The position numbers and the translations under genes were made by a program. Positions 9,797-19,419 of a DNA stretch of 47,596 nucleotides are shown one piece after another (within the stretch, counting starts at the first letter, position 1; each line of letters opens with the position of its first letter). Source of the DNA: Candidatus Zixiibacteriota bacterium. GTDB lineage: Bacteria > Zixibacteria > MSB-5A5 > CAIYYT01. Location of the stretch: positions 1 through 47,596 of the forward strand of contig JBECKX010000208.1 in the NCBI GenBank assembly GCA_040235515.1, written 5' to 3'. The notes beneath the pieces were generated by a model. That model saw nothing but the letters and a program-made list of their open reading frames with translations. It did not search any database and had not been told where the DNA came from.

Positions 9797-12700
9797 CTAG
9801 CTGGCTTTATGAGTGTCGATTACTTCACCAAATTCGGGACGTATTGGAATACTGACGGTGAAGGTTGTGCCTTTGCCCACTTCGCTCTCCACTGCAATCG
9901 AGCCGCGATGATCCTGGATGATCTGGTAACAGATAGATAACCCCAGGCCGGTTCCGACGCCAACACCCTTGGTCGTGAAACCGGGGTCGAAGATTTTGTC
10001 CAGGTCTGACTCGGCGATGCCCACTCCGGTATCGGAGATAGCGATTGTTACCTTGTTGCCATGAGAGCGCGTGCGGATGGTGATCTTTCCCTTACCCTGG
10101 ATTGCCTGCTTGGCGTTGATCAGCAGATTGAGGAAGACCTGGTTCAGGCGGCCGGGATAGCACGCGATCGGCGGCAGCGGGTTGAAGTCTCGTATAATTT
10201 CGATGTCGTGTTTGATCTCATGATAGATCAGAGTCAGCGTATCCTCAAGGCCCTCGTGGATGTCAACCGTCTTCGACTCGGCCTCATCGAGCCGTGCGAA
10301 AGAACGGAGCCGACGCACGATGTTGGTGACGCGATCGGTCCCGGAGACAATCACCTTGTTCGCGTCATCGATCAGCGCCATAGTACTGTTGAGTTGCTCC
10401 TGCTGCTGCGGATCTTTACAGAACGAGTCGAGCTGGTCTCGCAGCTTCTTCAGCGCTCGCATCAGCGTATTGTGCATGCTGACGACGGCGCCGGTAGGCG
10501 TGTTGATTTCATGGGCGATGCCTGCCACCAACATCCCCAGCGAAGCCATCTTTTCCGATTGGATCAATTGGCCCTGCGTCTGCTTAAGATTCTTGTAGGC
10601 TTCCGCCAGTTCGTCGAGCGTCCGTTTCTGTTCCGTGACGTCATGGCTGACACAGACGTACGAGATCAGTTCACCTTCCGCAGTCGTCATCGGCGATATG
10701 CTGATCGTATGCCAGCGCCACTGACCATCTTTGTGGCGAACACGATACTCGAGACCGTGCTGACGCTCCAGCGTTTGCAGCATCTCCCGCAGGCAGTCGC
10801 GGCATTCGGTCAGATCGGAGGGGTGGACGAAATCAAGCAGCGATTGCCCTATCACTTCGGCGATTGAGTGGCCAAGCTGCGCCGACCAGTTCGGCGAAAC
10901 ATACGAAAGGTCCCCTTCTCGATTAAGGAGGAAGATAATATCGTTGGCGTTCTCGACGATATTGCGGAAGCGCTCCTCGCTAAGCCGTAACGCATCCTCT
11001 GCCCGCTTGCGGGCGATTGCCACACCCAACATCTCGCTGGCCGTGCGCAACGCGCGAACATCATCTTCTTTCCAGACGCGCTCGCTGCGACCATCTTCGA
11101 AGCCGATAAATCCATACCATTCGTTCTTGACGAAGATCGGAATCACCAGAATCGCTTTGACTCCGTGAGGCTCGAAAAACTGCCGCTCGATTTCGGGCAG
11201 CTCGCTCAGGGACGCGCGCACCGCCTCCCCATTGCTTAGCAACTCCCGCCAGCGTGCGAAAGTGCCTTTATAAGGGATTACATCTGAGAGCGAGTCCTTC
11301 TCCTCATCGGTGATCGAGCAGTCCGCGAATTCGAAGCGCACGATCCGGCAACAGAGACCGAGCTTGGGGTCCTCGAAATTCTCGAAAATCGAGGCCGTGG
11401 TTGCACCGGAAGCGTTTCGCAGGTTCCTCAGAACCTCCGCCGCCGTCACCTTGAAATCGGTCTGTGACATCAACACCTGCGAACAATTCGCCAGCGCGGC
11501 TTCATACCGAAGGCGCGAACTCAATTCTTCCTGGGCCAGACGACGCTCACCGATCTCCTCGCGCAGCGCCTTGTTGACGCCGGCCAGTTCGCGGGTTCGC
11601 GTTTCCACCCGCTCCTCCAATTCATCGTGGGCATCCTGAAGTGCCTGTTGTGCCTCCACCCTGTCCGTGACATCACGCACGATGGCCATCACTTCGTCGT
11701 TACCGTACGGAATCAGCCGGCTCTCCATATGGTGTCGCGTGCCCTCATAGTCGACCGCGTATTCCACTACCCGTATCGCGCCGGACTCTCGCGCCTCCTT
11801 GAGCTCCTGCATCAGGTAGCGCGCGGTATCATCATCCAGGAAGTCGCTCGGCTTGTGTCCGATCATCCTCCCGGCATCACCCGCAATCGGTGAACCTTCG
11901 GGAGCCTTGATCTCCAGGTACCTGCCTTCGCGATCGAAGCGGAAGATCATATCAGGAATCGCCTCGACCATCGCCCGGTTGAGCGCCTCACTCTCGGCAA
12001 GCTGCTCAGTTCGGCGTTTGACTCGTTCCTCCAATTCGGCGTGAGCCATCCGCAGCGCATCTTCGGCTTTGCGTTTCTCGGTGATATCTATGCCGGTTGC
12101 GATGATGGCCTCGATTTTCCCATCCTGCTCCAGCAGTTCAGTATTCTGCCACTCGATCAGACGCTTCTCACCCGAACGCGTCACCCAGTGGTTCTCGACC
12201 GTTCCACTGAAGGTAGAGGCCTTGATGTCTGCGAACACTTTCTTGACCGGCTCGATCGCTTCCTCCGGCAGAAGGAAATCCCAGACGCAGCGACCGACAA
12301 CCTCCTGCGCGGAATAGCCACTTACCTCCTCGCAGGCCCGGTTGAACTGGACAATCCTGCCACCCGGATCAAGCACGACTACCAACGCGCCGGCAGTGCG
12401 CAGGACCGCCGAGATGAAGTTCCGCTCCTGCCGCAGTTCTTCCTCCATCTCACGTCGCTGGGTAATGTCATAAAGTCCGCCTATGATCACCTTCTCCCCG
12501 GCGATCTCGGTGGTGACGAGCGAGAAAATGCACCACACCGCTTCGCCCGAAGGTGACTTGAGGCGAATTTCACGATACGATTTGCCGGTCTGCTCGAGGT
12601 CATTGACAACCTGCCTGCGGTCCGCACGATCGAAATAGAAATCGAGCGAGGTCCGTCCGATCAACTCTTCCGAGGTCACACCCATCATCTCGCAGATATG

Positions 12701-13690
12701 CTGGTTGCCGTAAATGATCTTTCCGTCAGAGAGGCGGGTCAGGATCAGCGGAATCGGTGCGGCATCGACTACCGTGCGGAGTTGTTCATCGGCATGCTTC
12801 AGATCGGTGATGTCGGACATCCCCCAGAGACGCGCGCCCGAATCAACATTGTCACTCAGGATGCGCATCGAGAAAACCCCGATGTAGCGAGGGTCGTCGC
12901 CACGTGTCTTTATGGCGCGGGAGATGAACTCCTTGTGACCCTGCGAGTCATCGAGGAGTTCATCCGGTTCAAGCCTGAGCCGGTTGATCAGGTCGTCGAA
13001 ACTCTCCGGGGATTCGAACATCTCGCGCGCAACCCGGAACAGTTCTTCGATCGGTTGGCCGATAAGTTCGGGTCGGCGCACCCCCACGAGATTCTCTACC
13101 GCCTTGTTACAAATGATGATTCTCCCCTGCGGATCAACGAAGAGGAGTACGTTGGAAGCGGTATCGATGAAGGAATAGAGATTCTTCTCTTGCTGCGCGA
13201 GCTTTTGCTGAAGTTCATCAATCTGTTTCTGCTGGCGGAGACTCACCTGCCGCAGGCGTGCGTAGTCGCTGCGTAGCAACGCCTCCATCGCTCCGATAAT
13301 ATCATTGGGGTCTGTCTTGTCGGTGGAAAGGAAGTTCGATGCTGCGTGGGCTGCCCCATCCGCTGTACTGATCTCAATTGAATTGCCCAGCGCCAGAATC
13401 GGTGGAAGTACGGAGAATCCGTTAGAAGCAATCTCTCGCAGCTCTCTCGCGACCTCCGGGAAGTCCTCGGTCCGGCACAATACCAGGTCGATCTCTCCCA
13501 GGTCATCTCCGGAGCTGATGATCCCACGGATCGATGCAACCGATTCGGCGTAGCAGCTTTCGAAATCACGCTCCAGGATCACGCTGCCCGGTCCGCGCTG
13601 GTAGTTCTCCGTACCGATCTGGAGAATTCGAGGGGTTTTCCCGGTCTGTTCAGAATCTACTGTCACAGGTCTCTCTTTCACAGCTGACAA
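9797..13690 (-). CDS. Cytoplasmic multi-sensor histidine kinase (5 PAS, GAF, HisKA, HATPase)
   Basis: Five PAS/PAC units ending D(I/V)T; GAF segment; EKMASLGMLVAGIAHEINTP H-box; N, G1, F and G2 boxes (DTGVG, FTTK, GTGLGL). Confidence 0.95.
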   Translation of the reverse strand: MSAVKERPVTVDSEQTGKTPRILQIGTENYQRGPGSVILERDFESCYAESVASIRGIISSGDDLGEIDLVLCRTEDFPEVARELREIASNGFSVLPPILALGNSIEISTADGAAHAASNFLSTDKTDPNDIIGAMEALLRSDYARLRQVSLRQQKQIDELQQKLAQQEKNLYSFIDTASNVLLFVDPQGRIIICNKAVENLVGVRRPELIGQPIEELFRVAREMFESPESFDDLINRLRLEPDELLDDSQGHKEFISRAIKTRGDDPRYIGVFSMRILSDNVDSGARLWGMSDITDLKHADEQLRTVVDAAPIPLILTRLSDGKIIYGNQHICEMMGVTSEELIGRTSLDFYFDRADRRQVVNDLEQTGKSYREIRLKSPSGEAVWCIFSLVTTEIAGEKVIIGGLYDITQRREMEEELRQERNFISAVLRTAGALVVVLDPGGRIVQFNRACEEVSGYSAQEVVGRCVWDFLLPEEAIEPVKKVFADIKASTFSGTVENHWVTRSGEKRLIEWQNTELLEQDGKIEAIIATGIDITEKRKAEDALRMAHAELEERVKRRTEQLAESEALNRAMVEAIPDMIFRFDREGRYLEIKAPEGSPIAGDAGRMIGHKPSDFLDDDTARYLMQELKEARESGAIRVVEYAVDYEGTRHHMESRLIPYGNDEVMAIVRDVTDRVEAQQALQDAHDELEERVETRTRELAGVNKALREEIGERRLAQEELSSRLRYEAALANCSQVLMSQTDFKVTAAEVLRNLRNASGATTASIFENFEDPKLGLCCRIVRFEFADCSITDEEKDSLSDVIPYKGTFARWRELLSNGEAVRASLSELPEIERQFFEPHGVKAILVIPIFVKNEWYGFIGFEDGRSERVWKEDDVRALRTASEMLGVAIARKRAEDALRLSEERFRNIVENANDIIFLLNREGDLSYVSPNWSAQLGHSIAEVIGQSLLDFVHPSDLTECRDCLREMLQTLERQHGLEYRVRHKDGQWRWHTISISPMTTAEGELISYVCVSHDVTEQKRTLDELAEAYKNLKQTQGQLIQSEKMASLGMLVAGIAHEINTPTGAVVSMHNTLMRALKKLRDQLDSFCKDPQQQEQLNSTMALIDDANKVIVSGTDRVTNIVRRLRSFARLDEAESKTVDIHEGLEDTLTLIYHEIKHDIEIIRDFNPLPPIACYPGRLNQVFLNLLINAKQAIQGKGKITIRTRSHGNKVTIAISDTGVGIAESDLDKIFDPGFTTKGVGVGTGLGLSICYQIIQDHRGSIAVESEVGKGTTFTVSIPIRPEFGEVIDTHKAS

Positions 13691-13852
13691 GTATCGGTCT
13701 TACGGCCGCTCCGTCGATCCCGACTCCGAAGGAAGCCGCAGCTACCCCGGCGGGAGCTGCAAAGATAGCATAGCAGCAATGCTAATCAAACTACGCAATA
13801 ATGCCATTTGAGATTCAATCTTTACTTGCGCTTCAGACGAAATCAATTCGTC

Positions 13853-13881
13853 TTGACAATAAGTAATAGTCGACCTATTTT
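13853..13881 (+). promoter_or_regulatory. Sigma70-type promoter TTGACA-N17-TATTTT
   Basis: Perfect -35, 17-nt spacer and a 4/6 -10, upstream of the Omp85 gene. The inverted repeat AGACGAA-N5-TTCGTCT (13835..13853) abuts the -35. Confidence 0.55.
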
Positions 13882-13910
13882 CGTGCAAACTTTGGCGGGC
13901 CGCAGGTCAT

Positions 13911-15260
13911 TTGTCTTCTATATTCTCCTGGAGAAGATCGGAATTGAGACTCATACGAATCCTCTTCATCACATTCTGCATTTTTCTCCTGACCGATCTT
14001 TGCAGGGCCGACCAGGCAAGTCAGAACGACCCAACCACGGCGTCAAGCGATTCCCTCGACACAACACTCCCGCAATATCCCGGCAAGAGCTTTGGCTCAT
14101 ATATGCTGGATGTGCCCGAAGTCATCCTGTCCAGCCCCATCTACGTCGTGAAGGGGATCAGCTGGTTCGCTATCGAAGGTATCTACCGCAATGGCACGCT
14201 GCGGCGTATCGTGAATCAGTTCGTGGCATTCGAACCGGTGGAAGGATTCAAACCGGTAATCTCTTATGGCTCGAATAAGGGTCTGCGCTACGGCGCCGGC
14301 TGGGAGTTTTTCGATACCTTCAAGCAGGGAGATGATCTCTTCATCAAGGGATCGTACTCGACCAACGAATATCAGAAGCACTCGATCAAGTATTCGGCTC
14401 CGAGCATCTTCTCCCGGGACGCGGGTCTGAAACTGTTGCTGCAGTACCAAACCCGCACACGCGAGAGCTTCTACGGGCTTGGCAACGACTCCCGCAATGA
14501 GGATAAGGTATCCTACTATCTTGAAGAGAGCGTCGTCTCCGCGACCACCCGATGGCGCACAGCGCGCGGGCTTGCGGTTGAGGTAACCGGTGGATGGATA
14601 CGGTCAAACACATTCGACGGCAAATCGACTCAGTACGTCAACAGCCTTGACAGCAGCAAAACCCTGCTCGGATTGACCGATCTTGATCTCGCCAACGCCC
14701 AGTTCCTGCGGATTGGTGGCACGATCGAACTTGATTGGCGCGACAACAAGGGGCAACCATCGCGCGGTGGTCAGGAAAGCGTGTCGGTGACCTACAGTAA
14801 GGGCATTGGCGATAGCGATGATCTCTCCTATATCACTACAAGGGCTGAGGCCGCCCACTATTTCAATCTTTACCACAAGCGCATCATCGCGTTGCGGCTG
14901 ATCGCTCAGTCGATTGATGTTAAGGGCGACGTTCCTGTGATACCATTTCAGTTCCGCAGCGGGCTGGGGGATGCGAATCTACTGCGCGGCTACACCACGA
15001 ATAGATTCATCGACAACGACCTGACCGCGGCGGCGATCGAGTATCGCTGGCCGATCTGGGACTTGCTGGATGCCTTCATTTTCGCAGAGGCCGGCCGAGT
15101 TTACGGATCGATCACCAAAGAATTCACTTTGAAGAACTGGCATGAGTCGATCGGAACCGGTTTGCGGCTCTGGAATCGCGACGGAGTAATTCTTCTGCTC
15201 CAGGGCGCCTTCGGTGAGGATGACACACAGTTCTACCTGGAACTCGGCGGGGAATGGTAA
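13911..15260 (+). CDS. Omp85/BamA-TamA family beta-barrel outer-membrane protein lacking evident POTRA domains
   Basis: Signal peptide, amphipathic strands, LRGY (VRGF-type) loop motif, C-terminal Trp. The start may be TTG 13944. Confidence 0.82.
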   Translation: MSSIFSWRRSELRLIRILFITFCIFLLTDLCRADQASQNDPTTASSDSLDTTLPQYPGKSFGSYMLDVPEVILSSPIYVVKGISWFAIEGIYRNGTLRRIVNQFVAFEPVEGFKPVISYGSNKGLRYGAGWEFFDTFKQGDDLFIKGSYSTNEYQKHSIKYSAPSIFSRDAGLKLLLQYQTRTRESFYGLGNDSRNEDKVSYYLEESVVSATTRWRTARGLAVEVTGGWIRSNTFDGKSTQYVNSLDSSKTLLGLTDLDLANAQFLRIGGTIELDWRDNKGQPSRGGQESVSVTYSKGIGDSDDLSYITTRAEAAHYFNLYHKRIIALRLIAQSIDVKGDVPVIPFQFRSGLGDANLLRGYTTNRFIDNDLTAAAIEYRWPIWDLLDAFIFAEAGRVYGSITKEFTLKNWHESIGTGLRLWNRDGVILLLQGAFGEDDTQFYLELGGEW

Positions 15261-17002
15261 TGAAAAATTTTCTCCGTCCGGTTCTTCCGGTACTGTTCAT
15301 ACTCCTGCTTGCACTTCCGTTCGGCTGCTCGAACAACCGTGAAAACCTGCGCCCCGGTCAGCCGCGCTTGGAAGAGCATGACAACCGGAATATCGAACAA
15401 CCGAAAGTCGCCGAGCCTGTGCTGGCCTGGCAGTCGGCTGATCGCACTTTGTTCATGCAGGCGGAGCAGCTGATCGATTTCGAACGCGATTTTCGCATCC
15501 TAACCGGCAATCGCAGGGAAGCCTATAACATCAACAGCTTCGATCAGGCCTACAACAGCAGTTGGTTCACCAACCGTATCGGATTTGTCGAGTTCACGCC
15601 GGAGCAGGTGCTTCACGACTTCGGTGAAGTCGAAGGCCCTGACACGAGTGGCGTCTGGACGGCGTTTCGTCCCAAGGTACAGGGGGCGACTCCGGGATTC
15701 TGGATCGAGGATGCCCGCGGAGACCAGTACATCATCAAGTTTGATCCGCCGGAATACCCCGAACTCGCCACGGGAGCTTCAGCGATGGGTTCTCGCTACT
15801 TCCACGCCTGCGGCTATAATGTGCCGCAGGAAACTATCGTGTTGTGGCGGCCCGAACAGCTCAGGATCAAGGCAGGCGTCATGTTCACCGACAGGTCGGG
15901 CGTTTACCGCGAGTTCGTTCAGTCAGACCTCGAGGATGTGCTTGCCCGCATCCACAAACTGCCCGACGGCAGAATTCGCTCGCTGGCCTCCAGGGTCCTG
16001 GATGGCAAAATCGTCGGCCCCTTCAGCTACGACGGCAGGCGGAAGGATGATCCCAATGACTGGTGTCCGCATGAACATCGCCGTGAACTGCGCGGGCTCT
16101 ATGTCGTCGGCTCATTCATCAACCACTACGATCTTAAGGATCAGAACACGCTCGACTCGTATGTCACCGAGGATGGCAGGAGCTTCGTCAAACACTACCT
16201 GATCGACTTCGGCTCAACCTTCGGCTCAAACGGCGACCGCCCCAAGAGCGCCAAGCCGGGGTATGCCAATACCTTCGATCTGCGCGATATGCTGGTCTCG
16301 TGGTTCACACTCGGTCTCAAGAAGTGGGGCTGGGAGGATGCCAGACCGCAGGATGCACCCTATCCCTCAATCGGTTACTTCGAATCTGAGATTTTTCATC
16401 CCGCCAAGTTTGACCCGATCGTGCCAAATCCCGCTTTCGAGAATAAAACCTCCAGGGATTGTTTCTGGGGTGCACGGATCGTGATGGCCTGGCGCGATGA
16501 ACATCTGAAGGCGTTAATCAAGGCCGCTAGGTTCTCGGATCCGAATGCTGAGCAATATCTGTTAGAGATCCTCAAGGAACGTCGTGACAAGATCGGCCGC
16601 TATTGGTTCAATAAGGTAAATCCCCTGGACAATTTCGAACTCGACTCCGACTCCGCTGCCGGTGCGCTGCGGATCAGGTTTTCTGATCTCGCCGTGAAGT
16701 ATCGACTGGAGGAAGACGGCGCCTCCCGGTATCAATTCGAAGTAAAGCACAAGGGTAAACGCCTGCTGAGAGGTGACGAATCCTCGGAGCAGCAGGTGGT
16801 GATTGCGGCGAACGATGTCGAAGAGTTGCGCACCGCTTTCAAAGGAGGAAAGCCATCCGGTACTGCTGCGGACCATCTTTTCGAGGTCTCAATTCGCACC
16901 AAACGGAACGGTGGTGGCGCCGGCAAGGCGGTAGGAGTCTGGATCTGGTACTCCCCTGAGTCGGATAGCTTCCAAATCGTCGGGCTGGACTATCAGGATT
17001 GA
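15254..17002 (+). CDS. Lipoprotein with protein-kinase-like fold motifs
   Basis: Lipobox LPFG-C; GATPGF, YIIKFD, NHYDLKDQN and YLIDFGS in kinase motif order. The likely start is ATG 15260 (TAATG overlap). Confidence 0.7.
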   Translation: MVMKNFLRPVLPVLFILLLALPFGCSNNRENLRPGQPRLEEHDNRNIEQPKVAEPVLAWQSADRTLFMQAEQLIDFERDFRILTGNRREAYNINSFDQAYNSSWFTNRIGFVEFTPEQVLHDFGEVEGPDTSGVWTAFRPKVQGATPGFWIEDARGDQYIIKFDPPEYPELATGASAMGSRYFHACGYNVPQETIVLWRPEQLRIKAGVMFTDRSGVYREFVQSDLEDVLARIHKLPDGRIRSLASRVLDGKIVGPFSYDGRRKDDPNDWCPHEHRRELRGLYVVGSFINHYDLKDQNTLDSYVTEDGRSFVKHYLIDFGSTFGSNGDRPKSAKPGYANTFDLRDMLVSWFTLGLKKWGWEDARPQDAPYPSIGYFESEIFHPAKFDPIVPNPAFENKTSRDCFWGARIVMAWRDEHLKALIKAARFSDPNAEQYLLEILKERRDKIGRYWFNKVNPLDNFELDSDSAAGALRIRFSDLAVKYRLEEDGASRYQFEVKHKGKRLLRGDESSEQQVVIAANDVEELRTAFKGGKPSGTAADHLFEVSIRTKRNGGGAGKAVGVWIWYSPESDSFQIVGLDYQD

Positions 17003-17076
17003 GCCCTTGGCGATTCCAATCTCTCCTTCGAGATTTCAACGAACCCTTTATCCTCTCGCGAGTACGATCCGGTAGA

Positions 17077-17946
17077 ATGTATCACAAACCGCATCAATCC
17101 ATCCTCATCCTCTGTTTCCTCCTGGTAACTCTGCTGCCGGGACCGGTCACTCCCGAACTTCGAGCCGACCAGCAGCGAAACTATCTGAATGGTGGTCAAT
17201 TCCTCGCCGTCGGTACCGCATCGGCGGCGGTACTCGGGCTCAACTACCTTGTGTATCATGTTGATTCTACGCGCAGCCCCCTGATCGGCTCGCCACTACC
17301 GGGCGATTCCTGGTTTGCACATTCATTGGGTGGGGGCTGGCGTCGCGGCAAGACAAACTGGCTCGATAATTCCACCGGCTCTGTGTTTACCCCGGCAGTC
17401 GGGGCAATCGGTATCTTTGCGGTTAATCTGACCTGGCCCGAACAAAACCCGTGGAAGGACGCAGGGCAAGATTTCTTCCTCTATCATTCCGGTCTCTGGA
17501 CCACGAAAGGGGTGACCGGCCTCTTCAAAGGCATCGTAGCGCGTCCCCGGCCATTCCTCTACTACTTCCCGGACGAGGCGGTCGAAACACCCAACTACGA
17601 TCCGAGTGATGCCCGCAAATCATTCATCTCGGGTCATGCCTCCTCCGCGTTCTACTCAATGACTTACCTGAACAAGAGAATCCTTGCAGTCATGCGGCAA
17701 CGACTCGAGTGCGGCGACTATAATAACTGGCGCTGGCTCCCCCCAACCATCGGGTTCAGCTGGGCAACCTATGTTGCCTGGACGAGGATACATGCCTACA
17801 AGCATTACTTCTCCGATATCGTTGTCGGAGCCGCGGTCGGCGTCGCGCTGGCGGAATTCTTCTACTGGATCGGCGAGCGCACCGACTATGACAACAACCA
17901 CACGGCCAATACCCGCACGATCTTCAAACTGAATTTCACTTTTTGA
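17077..17946 (+). CDS. PAP2-family phosphatase
   Basis: KGIVARPRP, SFISGH and TRIHAYKHYFSD catalytic motifs. ATG 17077 is preferred over the ORF-track start at 16999. Confidence 0.9.
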   Translation: MYHKPHQSILILCFLLVTLLPGPVTPELRADQQRNYLNGGQFLAVGTASAAVLGLNYLVYHVDSTRSPLIGSPLPGDSWFAHSLGGGWRRGKTNWLDNSTGSVFTPAVGAIGIFAVNLTWPEQNPWKDAGQDFFLYHSGLWTTKGVTGLFKGIVARPRPFLYYFPDEAVETPNYDPSDARKSFISGHASSAFYSMTYLNKRILAVMRQRLECGDYNNWRWLPPTIGFSWATYVAWTRIHAYKHYFSDIVVGAAVGVALAEFFYWIGERTDYDNNHTANTRTIFKLNFTF

Positions 17947-18028
17947 TTTTGCCTTTTGAAGCCACCTTCCAGTCGATTACCTTTGTAACAAGATTCGTTT
18001 CGTTCCAACCGGTCACCGGAGGCTGACA

Positions 18029-19402
18029 ATCAAGCGATTCTTCGGAAAGTTAAGGCAACCGCAGGGCCTGGCTCTGGCGATCTTCCTCTGCCTCGCCGTG
18101 TTCGGGGTCGGTCAGATCTCGTGGTGGATCTACTTCCAGGTCACAACCGCAGAGAGTCAACTCCGGCAATTCGAGGAGCAGGCAGATCAGGCCGCCGCGA
18201 TCACGGCGTTCTATCTCAATCAGGAATACAATGAACTGAAACCTACCTATTCGGTCTATCTCGCCGGTCAGGAGCGTTTGAGTCAATCGAATCTGAGCGA
18301 CGGCACATTGCATCGCCCGGTGTTGGGGGCAACTGTGATGAACTCAGCCGGGGAGGTCGTCTGGAATGTCGGCAAAATCGATACCGTCTGGTACCTCGCC
18401 GTGAACACCATCGATGGTGGCAGCGCCTACGTCTGGCTCGATCGCGACTACCCGGCTACTGTGCTGAACAGGTTCGCCCCCTCGCTCACGATTGACCCCT
18501 CCGCGCTGCAAGGCTCGCTGGAAGCCGACCACTTTGAGAGTGACGATATTCAGATTATCCCCGCCAGGGTCGCGGAGATCGAAAGCGAGGCGCGCCACCG
18601 TATCGTGATGTTTGCGTCGGAAGGCTCCTTCTTCGTCTTGCTCACTCTTCTTGGCGCGTTCCTGATTTTCCGGGCACTGCGACAAACCGAACAACTCAAG
18701 GCACAGCAGGAGAATTTCATCCAGGCGGTTACGCATGAGCTGAAAATCCCCGTCGCCTCGATCAAGCTCTATCTCGAGACTCTCTCCGGCGGAAAAGTTG
18801 CCCCCGAAAAGACAAAGACGTTCATCCCGAAGATGCTGGAGGATTGTCAGCGGCTGGAGGGCCTCGTCGACAACGTGCTCGAGGCGGGCAGACTGAGCCG
18901 TCAGTCGCGGCGTATGAAGCGTGTCAGGACGAATCTGAGCGCCGACCTCAAGGAATACCTGGAGGAACTGCAACCGCTGTTCGTGAGATACGATCTGAAG
19001 TTGACGACAGAGATCGAACCCGATATATATGCAGGGACAGATTATCATGCGATGCGACGGGTTGTCACCGCGCTGGCTGATAACGCCATCAAGTACTCCC
19101 CTCAGGGCCGGCGGGCGCTGCAGGTTTCTCTGAAACCCACGCAACGCGGTTGTGAACTGCGCTTCAGCGACAACGGCGTTGGGGTAGAAAAGCATGAGCA
19201 GGAGAAAGTGTTTGAGCGGTTCTACCGCACGGGTGAGGAGAAAACGCGATCAGTGAAAGGTACCGGCATCGGGCTTTTCCTGGTGAAGCAGATCGTCGAG
19301 GAACATGGTGGGAGCGTGCGGATCGAGTCCGAGGGACGTGATCGCGGAACGACCTTTGTGATTACCCTGCCACGCGAGAATGGGAAAGAGAAGCAAAGCT
19401 GA
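18029..19402 (+). CDS. Membrane sensor histidine kinase
   Basis: Two TM helices, VTHELKIP H-box, NAIKY, DNGVG and GTGIGL. The ORF track starts at GTG 18098 inside TM1; the open frame extends to ATC 18029 behind GGAGG. Confidence 0.9.
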   Translation: MKRFFGKLRQPQGLALAIFLCLAVFGVGQISWWIYFQVTTAESQLRQFEEQADQAAAITAFYLNQEYNELKPTYSVYLAGQERLSQSNLSDGTLHRPVLGATVMNSAGEVVWNVGKIDTVWYLAVNTIDGGSAYVWLDRDYPATVLNRFAPSLTIDPSALQGSLEADHFESDDIQIIPARVAEIESEARHRIVMFASEGSFFVLLTLLGAFLIFRALRQTEQLKAQQENFIQAVTHELKIPVASIKLYLETLSGGKVAPEKTKTFIPKMLEDCQRLEGLVDNVLEAGRLSRQSRRMKRVRTNLSADLKEYLEELQPLFVRYDLKLTTEIEPDIYAGTDYHAMRRVVTALADNAIKYSPQGRRALQVSLKPTQRGCELRFSDNGVGVEKHEQEKVFERFYRTGEEKTRSVKGTGIGLFLVKQIVEEHGGSVRIESEGRDRGTTFVITLPRENGKEKQS

Positions 19403-19419
19403 CAGCGAGCAAGAGACTT

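Noticed and set aside
7088..13276. Long antisense ORFs (e.g. 7088..7906, 10061..10867, 12698..13276) and similar shadow ORFs across the window
   Set aside because: They mirror well-supported genes on the opposite strand, as expected from GC-rich codon bias, and show no motifs of their own.
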